A program made the position numbers and the translations under genes. Source: the human T2T-CHM13v2.0 reference genome, Homo sapiens. Taken from it: a stretch of 64,000 nucleotides of DNA. The stretch lies in the NCBI RefSeq assembly GCF_009914755.1, contig NC_060948.1; one strand, given 5' to 3'. The notes below the pieces were generated by a model, which made no database searches, was not told where the DNA came from, and worked only from the letters and a program-made list of their open reading frames with translations. Position 1 is the first letter of the stretch, and the number at the start of each line of letters is the position of its first letter. Shown here piece by piece: positions 36,225-48,600 of this stretch.

Positions 36225-38990
36225 AACCTAAAAATGACCCCTAATACTAATGCTGAAACACTAACAATAACCCTCAAGCCCTAATCCTAATCCTCACATA
36301 AACCCAACCTGCACCATTAACAAAACATATCCCTAACCCTAAATGTAACTCTACCCCTACTTATAACCCTAAACATACACCTACCACTAAACCTAAACCT
36401 ACTAAAACCCTGAATCTACCCTAAACCATAACACTCACCAAAACCCTAACCTAAATACTAAACCAAACCCTAAATCGAACACTAACTGTAAACTCTGAAC
36501 ACTAATCCCAACTCTAACTCTAACCCCAAAAGCTACCTTCAAAACTAACCCTAAAAGCAACCTTAATTGTAACCATAAAACTAAAACTCTAACCTTAAAA
36601 ATGTAAGTCCAACATCTAACCAATATCCCTAATCCAAACTTCTACCCCCTAACCCTAATTCTAACAATTCATTGACCATAACCCTATCCTTAAAACACTG
36701 ACACTAACACTAACCCTAACTCTAACCCACAACATCAAACGCAACCCCAACCATAACCCTAACTTTAACCCCAATGCCAAAAACAACCCAGACCTTAAGC
36801 CATAACACTAAACCCAATTCCAACCCATAACCCTAAACATGACACTGACACTGATGCAAAAGTAGTGCTGAGCCGACCTTAACCAAAACAAAAAAAAACT
36901 CAAACCCTAACACAAAAAACCCTAACTCTAATGCTAAACTATAACCCTACCACTACCATTACCTCACCCAAACCCTAACTGAAAAACTAGCCCTATAATT
37001 CTAAGCCTAGCACTATAAAACTAACCAAAACACCAAACTTAACCCAAACACAGATACACAAACCTAAACCCTAGTAATAAACCATAATCCCAAACATAAC
37101 CTACACCAACGCTACACCAACCCTAACTACAAACCTAATCCTTAACCATAACCCTAATGGAAACCCAATTCCTAACCCCAAACCTAAAACCTTAACTGTA
37201 ACCCTAAACCATCTGCAATGCCAGCCATAACTCTAAACACTGAAACCAAACACTAACACTCACCCAACCAAAACCCTAATCTTAAATACTAACATGTAAC
37301 CCTAATCCTTAACGCAAGCCTAATGCTAAACCTAACCCTAAGCTCTAATTCTGACCTTGACCCTAAATGCAAACACACCACCAACTGCAAACAAACACAA
37401 CCACTAATTCCAAAATCCTAAAGCTGACAACAACCCTAAAGACTAATCCATAACAATAAAACCTAACCTAAACTCTAACATGTAATGCTGAACCCAGATG
37501 CTGACCTTAACGCTAATTAAAGCCTAAAACTAAGCTTCACCCTAACCACTAAGTTTAACATTAAACCTATGCCATAACCCTAACCCATTAACCCTAAACC
37601 TAATCGCTAACCATAGCCTTATCCTGTAACACTAACACTAACCCTAACCCTATGCATACTCCAACCGCAACTCAACCCAAAACCTAACACTATCCCTAAC
37701 CAAAGCCATCAGCTTAAAAAATAAACCTAACCATAATCTTAACATAAACATCACCATAATCCTGAAACTAAAAGTAGGAATCAATGCTAACACAAAACCT
37801 AACATTAAACCTAAGCATACACACTAAACCCTCAACCTAGCCCTCACAATTAACACTAACCCTAAGCTAAAACCTCTACCAGTAAACCTAAACCTAAAGT
37901 TAACCCAAAATATTACACCCACCCCTATTTTCACAACTAATCATAACCATAACACAAACACTAAGATGTAAACCTAATCCTAAACCTAAAGTTAACCCAA
38001 AATATTACACCCACCCCTATTTTCACAACTAATCATAACCATAACACAAACACTAAAATGTAAACCTAATCCTAGACCTAAATGTAACCCCTAACACTAA
38101 CCTTAACTCCCAAAAGCCCTAACACTAATCCTAACCCAAATAACCTAGAACACTAACCCTAGCCATACCCTAAACCCTGATATTAAACCTAATACTAAAC
38201 ATTGATTTTAGCCTAATCATAAACCCTAACCCAAACACGTAACCCAAACAGTAATCTGACCCTAGCTTTAACACTAAAATCTAAATCCAAACTATGATCC
38301 TATACAATAAATCCAGTCCCAACATTAACCTTAAGCTCTAACCCTTAACCTAACCCAACCCTAAACCTAACCCTAACCCCTTATCCTAGAGTTCTAAACT
38401 CTAACACTATGCCAAACCCTAACCCCTTATCCTAACCCTCAACCAACCCTAAACCTAAACCTAAGTGCTAAACAATAACCCTAAAACTAACACTGAACCC
38501 TAAACACTAACCCTAATGCTAACCTGAAACCCTAACCAGGACCTGAACTCTAAACCCTAAACCAAATCCTTATTCTTATCCTAACACCAACAGTAAACCC
38601 AAACCCTAACGCTAATACACTAACCCTCTTACCCTAACCCTTACTGTCGCCTTAGTTCTCACCCTTAGCACTAACCATAACCCTCACCATGGAGTTAACC
38701 CAGAACCTAACCCTCCACTAACCCCAACATCTAACTGTAAGCCTATCTCTTACCCTAAGCCTAAGCATAACCTGACCCAAACCTAACTTCTAATCCTGAT
38801 TCTAACTCTAGCCCTAAACGTTACCTTAACCTCGACAACGGTCCCAAATTCTAATCCTAACCATAACCCTAATCCTACCACCACACGAACCTTTAAGTCA
38901 ACCCCAGACCTAACCCTCAATCTAACCTTTTTTCTGCAATTGTAAACCCCTATTCCTAATCCCAAACTTCTCTCCCATCCTTAGTATTAC
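36225..38990. repeat. Degenerate interstitial telomere-like hexamer array, (CCCTAA)n variants on + strand
   Basis: Continuous ~6-bp periodicity of CCCTAA/ACCTAA/CACTAA/CCATAA/CTCTAA with strong G depletion on +. Confidence 0.92.
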
Positions 38991-39594
38991 CATATCACCC
39001 TTCAAAATAATTTTAAATATATAACCTTTGACTCTATCCTCTAACCCCTAATGCCCTTAAGAGTACACTAAACCTTACCTCTCATTAATTCCAATTGAAA
39101 ATTGAATTAAACAGATGATATCACTAGGACAAAACACTAAATGTTAAGAAATATGACAATTAAAGTCATTATAATGTTTAACCAAAAACTAGTACCTGAA
39201 ATTTGCTACATGGGGAAGACATTATGCACCTCAATGATTAAGATTTTTCTGTTTGTTTGTTTGTTTGTTTGTTTGTTTTGAAAATTGAGGGTTTTTCAAC
39301 ATTCTGAAGCCATCCCTTTTCAATATACCATGTAAACTAAATCATGGGAAAACAGTACATGTTTATCTCAACTGTTATGGAAAATACTTAAAGTTAGTCA
39401 ACGTGTTTAATGATAACAACATCCAATAAACTGTGCTTCAAATTTCTTTCACATAACACGTCTTTGTGCAAAACCTGTAACAATCAGCATCTGAATTGTT
39501 GGGAATCAAAGTTTAAGATGAGGAACAAAGCATTGATGCTAAATTTCATCACTGTATTCTACACTGTACTAGAATTTCCATCCAAAACAATTGG

Positions 39595-39750
39595 AAATAT
39601 ATATATATATATGATATATGTAGTATATGTTCATATAAATATTTATATATACACATATATACATATACAAATATTTATATGCACATATATTATTATATAT
39701 ATTTTTACATATAGATATTTATATATAAATATATATGTGAATATATATTT
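39595..39750. repeat. (AT)n-rich low-complexity tract inside an old L1 fragment
   Basis: Direct inspection. Confidence 0.85.
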
Positions 39751-40215
39751 TTCCAATTGTTTTGGATGGATATTCTAGCAAAATATGTATATATTTCCAA
39801 TTGTTTTGGCCATTCATATGTGGAAAAATAAAAATAAAAAAAGTAAAACTATCTACCCTTGGGTCTTATGATCTCCTATAAAGAAATCATAAGAAACCAA
39901 CAAGAAATCATGACATCTGGTAAACAAACTAAACAAACATACATTATAAAATATCAATATAATAAAATCTACTTCTGTACACTAGTAATAAACCATATGA
40001 AAATGAAATTAATACAACAATTTTATTTGTGAAAACAACAAGCAGCCTGTCTTCCAACTTCCCTGGAACCCATAGGAGCCACAAGCTGGGTGTGGGGGAT
40101 AGCCCTGGAGTCGAGTCAGTGCTGCTACACTGGGAGCTGGGCTGCACTGGCCATAGGGCTAACCAGAAAGTAGTCAAGTTCCTGGGGAATCAAAGTAGAA
40201 TTATGTAAGTACGTG

Positions 40216-40549
40216 GTGGATGAAGAGTAGAAAACCTACAGTGGTTTTGAAAGCCCTAAAGCCACGATGTCAAATGGATATCTTCAGAGTCAAAAATTTA
40301 TGGTAAAAGGCGAACATGCACGAACATCAACAACAATGAAAGCCATGTTGAGTGGCCCAGGTCATTTTGCTGAGAAGGAAAGTATTGAGGTCAATTTGAG
40401 AGACATCCCTTCACAAGTGCTGCCAAAAGCATGCACATATTTTACCTAAATATTTCACTACACCTAAAGCTCCACAGAGATTTCCAAATTCCCATTTCAC
40501 CTGAAACTGCATTAGAACTGTTGATGGCTGTAACTTTCTAGATTGTATA
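40216..40549 (+). pseudogene. ELOCP: Processed ELOC (Elongin C/TCEB1) pseudogene
   Basis: Intronless (V)DEE*KTYSG..., [51 protein letters not shown], ...LELLMA..FLDC vs Elongin C; start codon lost, stops and frameshifts; UTR-like flanks with AATAAA near 40775. Confidence 0.92.
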
Positions 40550-40830
40550 TAAATACAATTAATTGATAGGATAAAATAAAATATAATAAACTTAATTTTT
40601 TTCAGTGTTTAACTAACTGTAGTTCAGTTAACATTTATTTTTTATAGATAGTACATTCCCTGTATCAAGGTAACTATAAAATTAATTGCAAAGAAGATTC
40701 TCTTCTGTTTTTTGCATAACATAATTGAATTTTTTTTGTACTGTGAACAAACTAAGGACATTTTCACAGAGAAATAAACAAATATGCCAGTTCATAAGTG
40801 GTTTTGCCTTATGCCTTGAGTATGATTTTA

Positions 40831-41147
<317 letters not shown>

Positions 41148-41249
41148 GAAAATGATGAAAATTAGGCATAAATTAATAATTGCATTATATGCATCTTCAT
41201 AACTTAGCCAAAATATTGATTTTTATCTAACCCTAACATAAATGTCTTA

Positions 41250-41507
41250 TCAATGCCTATAATCTCAGCACTTTTGGAGGCCAATGCAGGCAAATCTTGT
41301 GATTCCAGGTGTTTGAGACATGCCCAGGCAACATGGCAAACCTTTGTCTCTGCTAAAAATACAAAAAGTTAGCCAGACATGGTGACTGAGGCTAAGACAG
41401 AGGATTAATTGAGCTAGGCAGTTAGAAGCTGCAGTGAGCCATGACGGCACTTCTGCACTCCAGGCTGGGCCACACAGTGAGACCCTGTCTCAAAAAGAAA
41501 AAAAAAC
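41250..41507 (+). mobile_element. Old Alu with internal deletion
   Basis: ATGCCTATAATCTCAGCACTTTTGGAGG...GTGAGACCCTGTCTC plus A-tail. Confidence 0.85.
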
Positions 41508-41799
41508 AGTAGAAATTTCTTCTGTCATTTGATAAATCCCAGCATTGTTTAAAAGTGTCTTTTCATTTTGTTTATTTCTACAATTTAAGACACTTTTTCA
41601 TAACAATTTTTGAAGGTTACTAGGTACAATTTTGGAAGAAGCAACAGAACTATACCCAGATGGTCAATGAGTCAACTATATGACTTATAAGCAAAGCATC
41701 CTTGGCAACTGTAGAAACAGAAAGAAAAAAATAATCTGGCAAGGTGTCGTGGCTTAGGTTTTTTAATGTTCTATTTTTTTTTTTTTTTTTTTTGATGAA

Positions 41800-42497
41800 A
41801 GAAATCCCTTTTAGGTCTTAGACTAATTATAATTTATAACAATTTAGAAGGTTATACTTTTGTAAACAGAAGTGAAACACTTGTAAAAAAAAAAAATAAC
41901 TCTTCTGCCCCTCCTCCCCCGCCCCCACCACAGGCATCAGAATAGAGCCCTCCTTTTGACCAGGGGCATTCCTAAATTGGTTCAGGTCCTGACAGGAAAG
42001 AGGGACCGACATGCTTCATTACACGCTCCTCCCTTTTGAACTTTAGAAAAAGTTGACCATCATTAACAGCGACCTATACCTTAAGTCTAATAAGAAATAT
42101 TTACCTCTTATTCTCTCAAGCATGCTACATGGAGGATTCATCATCATGATAAAACTTGGTCTCTACAGCCTTTATTATTTATTGTAACCCAGTCATTCCC
42201 ATCTACTGATTCCATGTTTTTAGATAATAACTTAACTCTTTCAGCCAACTGCCAAGTAAAATATATGTAAATCTACCTGTAACTTGAAAGCCCAGACCTG
42301 CACCATGGCTATTTTCAAGTTGTGCGTCCTTTCTGGACCAAACCAATGTACATCTTCATGCGTTTGATTGATGTCTCATGTCTCCCTAAAATGCATAAAT
42401 GTAGGCTGTGAATACACAACCTGGAGCACATGTTCTCAGGATCTCCAGAGTAGGGCTGTGTCATGGACCATTTGTCACTCATATTTGGCTCAGAATT
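41800..42497 (+). mobile_element. MER4-group LTR, partial
   Basis: TTTCTGGACCAAACCAATGTACATCTT...TTGATTGATGTCTCATGTCTCCCTAAAATG...GTCACTCATATTTGGCTCAGAA. Confidence 0.7.
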
Positions 42498-42996
42498 CAA
42501 TTAATTTTATGGTATAATATCAAAGTTTGATATTGTTAGTATATCTCAGCTAATGTAGGATGTCAATCCTTATAAAACAGACATTTTCATTATCACTACC
42601 AATGCATTCTCAGTTAAACTATGACTGTCTCAGGAAAAGAAAAAATGTTGCTAACCAGGCATACATCATATATTTAAATTTAAATAATAATTCGAGTTCT
42701 AATATGCCTACTTAAAATTTTTCTATATTGTTTCAACTATATACTTTAGTTCTCTAAGAAAAATGAGTCATTAAAGCACGAAAAAAAGTATTGATAGAGC
42801 CTGTCACGGTGGCTCCACTCAGCACCTCTCCTTTCTCTGTAACAGACTCTACCCCCAGAAACAAGTCCAGATCATCTGCAAACCACACTTTGGTAGCCGT
42901 TAAAATGCGTGGTCACTGCCTCACTCAAGGGACACTTTTGTAAAGTCAGAAGTGGAGGCCAGGACTGGGAAGTAAGGCCCAGGACAGTGCCCCTCA

Positions 42997-43515
42997 TCAG
43001 TATTGGGTGCTGCAGACAGGGTGTCTTTTCCTCACCTGGCCACCAGATGTCTCAATGCCATGTCTTCTCCTGGGAGAGTCCTGAGGAGAAGTCTTTATTC
43101 TCACCCTGGACGTAGCAACAGAGGTCTTGTAGCAACGGCCACTCCTGGGCAGGTCCAGAAGAGAAGGAGGCTTCGTCCTCATGGTGGATGCGACTCCAGA
43201 TGTCCCCAAGCTGAGGCCACTGTTGGGTGGGTCCTGAAATGAAGTAGCATTAGTCTGCACCATGAACGTGGCCATAGGTTCCCCAGGTACCCTAAAACAA
43301 CGGCCTCTTCTGGGTGTGTCCTGAGGAGAAGGAATCTCTGTCCAAGTCACTGTGAGAACACCCTGCCCCTCAGAGAGTTGGTTTGCAAGCTCAGTGCATC
43401 TGCCCCATGCCCCCTCCCCCGGTAGTAGCCCTGGGAAATCTTTGAAATTCAGGGTGGGTTAATCCAGGCGGTCATCTCAGGAAGTGGAAGTGAAATAGAG
43501 CCAACCTTCCCATAC
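42997..43515 (-). pseudogene. PRYP: PRY-family pseudogene, terminal exon
   Basis: ag|YGKVGSISLPLPEMTAWINPP*ISKISQGY..HGADALSLQTNSLRGR vs recalled PRY YGKVGCISLPLREMTAWINPPQISEIFQGYHQRVHGADALSLQTNSLRSR; C-terminal RSGRCYK..RVRIKTSPQD..HGIETSGGQVRKRHPVCSTQ resembles the long PRY variant; in-frame stops present. Confidence 0.88.
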
Positions 43516-43756
43516 CTTGAATGGATATAAAAAGAAGCAAAGAAGATCGTCAATAGACAAAACTCAGTTGATTTTCTCTATATCAGCAATAATGAATAGA
43601 AATCATTGGAATTTGAAATACTTAACCACCATTTACAATACTTCCTACAAAATTGAATCCATTAAGTATAAATGTAACAAAATAGGCAAAGTTCATTCAG
43701 AAAACAATCAGTCACAACTGAGAGAAATCAAAAGAAATATTAGTAAATGCATACAG

Positions 43757-44027
43757 GCCAGGCACAGTGGAACATGCCTATAATCTCACCAGTTTGGGAG
43801 GTTACAGTGGGCAGATCACTTGAGTCCACGAGTTAGAGACCAGCCTGAGGAACATGGTGAAACCCCATCTCTACCAAAAATACAAAAATTAAGCTGAGCT
43901 TGGTGGTGCATGCCTGTGATCTCAGCTACTTGTGGTGCTGAAGTGGGAGAATCTCAGTGAGCGGAGATCGTGCCACTACACTCCAATCTTGGTGACACGG
44001 CAAGACTCTTTCTCAATAAATAAATAA
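43757..44027 (+). mobile_element. Alu
   Basis: GGCCAGGCACAGTGG...GGCAAGACTCTTTCTC plus (TAAA)n tail. Confidence 0.88.
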
Positions 44028-44637
44028 AGGAAGAGATGTGTCTTGTTCTGGAGAAGTACACATGTATTAATATTTCAGTCATATCCCAATCAAATTCCAG
44101 GCAAATATATCAACAATCTCTTCCTAAACCTAGAATAGATGAAATAAGACTGAAGAAGAAAAAAGCTAAAGGACTTACACATATGGATATGAATACTTAC
44201 ACTAAAGCTAGCTTAGCAAACAAGAGTGTGGCATTGATGATTTAACAGACAAGTAGTTAAGTGGACAGAATAGACAGCCCCCACACAGGCCCAAGTCAAC
44301 TGATTTTGTCAAAAATGTAAAAAAAATTTGTCAAAATTGTGACAAACATGTCAAAAAAATGTAAAAAATTTGGAAACGGTAAGTCTATTCCACAAGGGGC
44401 AAGAAAACAGCTGGAAACTATATGGAAACAAATGGACATATATACAAATTTCATAGCTAAAAAAAATAGTCAAAAATAGCCATACATTAAAATTTTTCAA
44501 TGCAAAGTTGTAATTGGAAAATGTCCTCATGGGTTTGGGTTTGGTAATGAGTTATTAGCAAGTCCATGAAAAAAAAAAAAGGATAATAGTGGCTTTATTG
44601 AAAGCTGAAATGTCTACTCTGTGAAATACCCTTCTAC

Positions 44638-44943
44638 AGTTGGGCATGGCAGTTCAAGCCTGTAATCTCAGCACTTTTGGAAGTCGAAGCGGCTGGGTCA
44701 CCTGAGGTCAGGAGATCCAGATCAGCATGGTAAACATGGTGAAAACCCATCTCTACTAAAAATACAAAAAATTAACTGGAATTTCTGGCATGCACTTATA
44801 ATCCCAGCTGCTCAGGAGTCTGAGCCAGGAGAATCCCTTGAACTTGGGAGATAGGTGTTGCAGTGAGCCTAGATTGGGTCATTGCACTCCAGCCTTGGCG
44901 ACAGAATGAAACTCTGCCTCAAAAAAAAAAAAAAAAAAAAAAA
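44638..44943 (+). mobile_element. Alu
   Basis: CACCTGAGGTCAGGAG...GAAACTCTGCCTC plus long poly(A). Confidence 0.9.
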
Positions 44944-45623
44944 TCTGGTTAAGAGAACCAAAAAACCAGCCACAGATAGAAAAATGTAGCAAACTCACCT
45001 GAAAAGTGACTTGTATGCACAAAGTTCACAGAAACTCTAAAACTGACAAAGATAAGCAACCCAAGTCCAGGGTAAAAACCTGAGCAGATACATCACATAG
45101 AGATGGAAAACAGGCAGGCACCCCAAACACTGCTGGCTGAAAGCCTGCTGCTTCTGCTGAAGGCTGAGACTCCAACCTGTCCCATGAGTAGCCGCAGTGG
45201 CTCCAAAGACCACCCTCACCTACCCGACCTCCGCCCTTCCTTCAGGGCCCAGGGGCCCCCAAGGTACTGGACATGCTGTCCCAGAAAGAGCCAGAGGCTG
45301 GATACTTTATATCTCAGCTTTTCTTAAAGTTCTGGAGGCTGCCAAGTGTCCTTAGTTTGGAAGTTTTATTTTTATCCTAAGCACCTTGAGGCACTGACAA
45401 GCATTAGGAGAGCTGGTTTTTAACCCACACTTGTTTTCATTAAGAGATAAAAGAATTGATTGACTCGAATTGCTTTTTAGTAAGTTCTTTTAAAATGTTT
45501 GGTACAATGCATTGTTATTTTGCTTTCTTGGAGACACAAAACACAGAAAAAGTATTTAGTAAAAACCAAATAGGGAGTCATCATAAATTCATGGATACTA
45601 TTTGATTTGTTATTTATCCCGAC

Positions 45624-48600
45624 TTTTTTTATTAATTATAATTTAAGTTCTAGGATACATGTGCAGAACATGCAGATTTGTTACATAGTTGTACATGTGC
45701 CATGGTGGTTTGCTGCACCCATCAACCCATCATCTAAGTTTTAAGTCCTGAATGCATTAGGTATCTGTCCTAATGATCTCCTTCCACTTGCCCCCTACTC
45801 CCCGACAGGCCCCATTGTGTGATATTTCCCTCCCTGTGTTCCCATTGTTCAGTTCCCACTTATGAATGAGAACAGGTAGTGTTTGCTTTTCTGTTCCCGT
45901 GTTAGCTTGCTGAGAATAATGGTTTCCAGCATCATTCATGTCCCTGAAAAAGGACATGAACTTACTCTTTTTAGTGGCTGCATAGTATTCCATGGTGTAT
46001 ATGTGCCACATTTTCTTTATCCAGTCTATCATTGATGGGCTTTTGGGTTTGTTCCATGTCTTTCTTGTCTGTGAGTAGTGCTGTAATAAACATACATGTG
46101 CATGTTTCCTTATAGCAGAATGATTTATAATCCTCTGGGTGTATACCACATAATGTGATTCCTGGGTCAAATGGTATTTCTGGTTATAGATCCTGGAGGA
46201 ATCACCACACTGTCTTCCAAAATGATTGAACTAATTTACATTCCCACCAGCAGTATACAGCATTCTTATTTCTTTACAACTTCAGTAGCATCTGTTGTTT
46301 CCTGACTTTTTAATGGTCGCCATCCTGACTGGTGTGAGATGATAGCTCATTGTGGTTTTGATTTGCATTTCTCTAACGACAAGTGACGCCGAGCTTTTTT
46401 TATGTATGTTTGTTGGCTGATTAAATGTCTTCTTTTGAGAAGTGTCTGTTCATTTGCTTTGCCCACTTTTTGATGGGGTTTGTCTGTTTTTTATTTTCTT
46501 GTAAATCTTTTTAAGTTTCTTGTAGATTTTGGATATTAGATCTTTGTCAGACGGATAGGTTGAAAAAATGTTCTCACATCCTGTATGTCCCCTGTTCACT
46601 CTGACAATATTTTCTTTTGCTGTGGAGAAGCTCTTTGATTGAAGTAGGTCCCGTTTGTCAATTTTGGATTTCGTTGCCATTGTTTTTGGTGTTTTTGTCA
46701 TGAGGCCTTTGTCCATGCCTATATCCTGAATGGTATTGTCTAGGTTTTCTTCTAGGGTTTTATGGTTTTAGATTTAACGTTTAAGATTTGAATTCATCTT
46801 GAGTTAATTTTTGTATGAGCTATAAGAAAGGGATCCAGTTTCAGCTTTCTGCATATGGCTATCCAGTTTTCCCAGTACCAGGGAATCCTTCCCCCGTTGC
46901 TTGCTTTTGTTAGGCCTGTCGAAGATCAGATCATTGTAGATGTGTGAATTACTTTAAGCACTATGGTCGTTTTCACGATATTGATTCTTCTTGTCCATGA
47001 ACATAATTTTTTTTCCATATTTTTGTGTCCTCTCTTATTTCCTTGAGCAGTGGTTTGTAGCTCTCCATAAAGAAGTCCTTCACATGCTTTGTAAGCTGCA
47101 TTCCTAGTAATTTTATTTTCTTTGGAGCAATTGTGAATTTGAGTTCGCTCATGATTTGGCTCTCGTATGTCTACTATTGGTTTATAGAAATGCTTGTGAT
47201 TTTTGCACATTGATTTTGTAGCCTGACCTTGCTGGTGTTCTTTACAAGCTTAAGAAACATATACAATAGACAAGTTCCTTGTCTATTGTTAAGGAGTACA
47301 GAGCTGAGAAAATGGGGTACTCTAAAGATACAGCTATGTCATCTGCAAACAGGGACAATTTGATTTCCTTTATTTTTATTTGAATACCCTTTATTTCTTT
47401 CTCTTGCCTGATTGTCCTGGCCAGAACCTTCAATATTATGTTGAATAGGAGTGGTGAGAGAGGCCATGCTTGTCTTGTGCCTTTTGTTTTAGGTTGTCAA
47501 AGGGAATGTTTCCAGGTTTTGCCCATTCAGTATGACATTGCCTATGGGTTTGTCACAAACAGCTCCCATTACTTTCTGATACATTCCATCAATACCCAGT
47601 TTATTGAGTGTTTTTAGCAAAAAGTGATGTTGAATTTTACCAAAGGCCTTTTCTGCATCTATAGAGATAATTATGTGGTTTTTGTCATTGGTTCTCTTTA
47701 TATGCTGGATTATGTTTATTGATTTGCATATGTTGAAACTAGACTAGCAATCTAAGGACGGAGCTGACTTGATCGTATGGATAAGCTTTTTGATGTGTTG
47801 CTGGATTCAGTTTGCCATTATTTTATTGTGGATATTCACTTCAATTTTCATCAGGGATATTGGCCTGAAATTTTCTCTTTTTGTTGCGTCTCTGACAGGC
47901 TTTGGTAGTAAGATGATGCTGGCCTCATAAAATGAGTTCAGGAGGAGTCCCTCTTTCTCTATTGTTTGGAATAGTTTCAGAAGGAAATAGCACCAGCTTT
48001 TCTTTGCACATCTGGTAGAAGTCAGCTGTGAATCTCTCTGGTCTGGCAATTTTTTGTTTGGTAGGCTATTAATTACTGCCTCAATTTTAGAATTTGTTGG
48101 TCTCTTCAGGGATTCTACTTTTTTTCTGATTTAGTCTTGGAATGGTGTATGTGTCCAGGAATTAATTTATTTCTTCCAGATTTTTTAGTTTATTTGCATA
48201 GAGGTGTTTACAGTATTCTTTTATGGTAGTTTGTGTGTCTAGGGATCAGTGGTTACATCTCCATTGTCCTTTTTTTTACTGTGTCTAATTGGTTCTTCTC
48301 TCTTTTTTCTTTATTAGTCTGGCTAGCAGTCTATCTATTTTGTTAATCCTCACAGCAACAACAAAAATGTTCTTGGATTCATGGATTTTTGGAAGGATTT
48401 TCCTGTTTCTATCACCTTCAGTTACGCTCTGCACTCAGTTATTTCTTTTTTGTGTCAGGTTTTGAATTTGTTTGTTCTTGCTTCTCTAGTTCTTTTCCTT
48501 TCTTTCTTTCTTTCTTTCATTTTTTTAAGGTGTCTCATACTGTCACCCACACTGGAGTGGAGTGGTGCGACCTCAGATTACTGCGACTTTTATCTTTTGG

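Noticed and set aside
36435-38965. V/R/G/L-rich ORFs (36435-36623, 38783-38965)
   Set aside because: They are translations of the TTAGGG-like array; there is no evidence of expression.
36225-38990. CRISPR-like or other repeat-spacer array
   Set aside because: No fixed repeat with unique spacers, and the context is primate genomic DNA.
45100-45345. GC-rich segment with a minus-strand donor-like GG|GTAGGTGAGG, a possible upstream PRY exon
   Set aside because: Translation does not match PRY residues I can recall; insufficient support.
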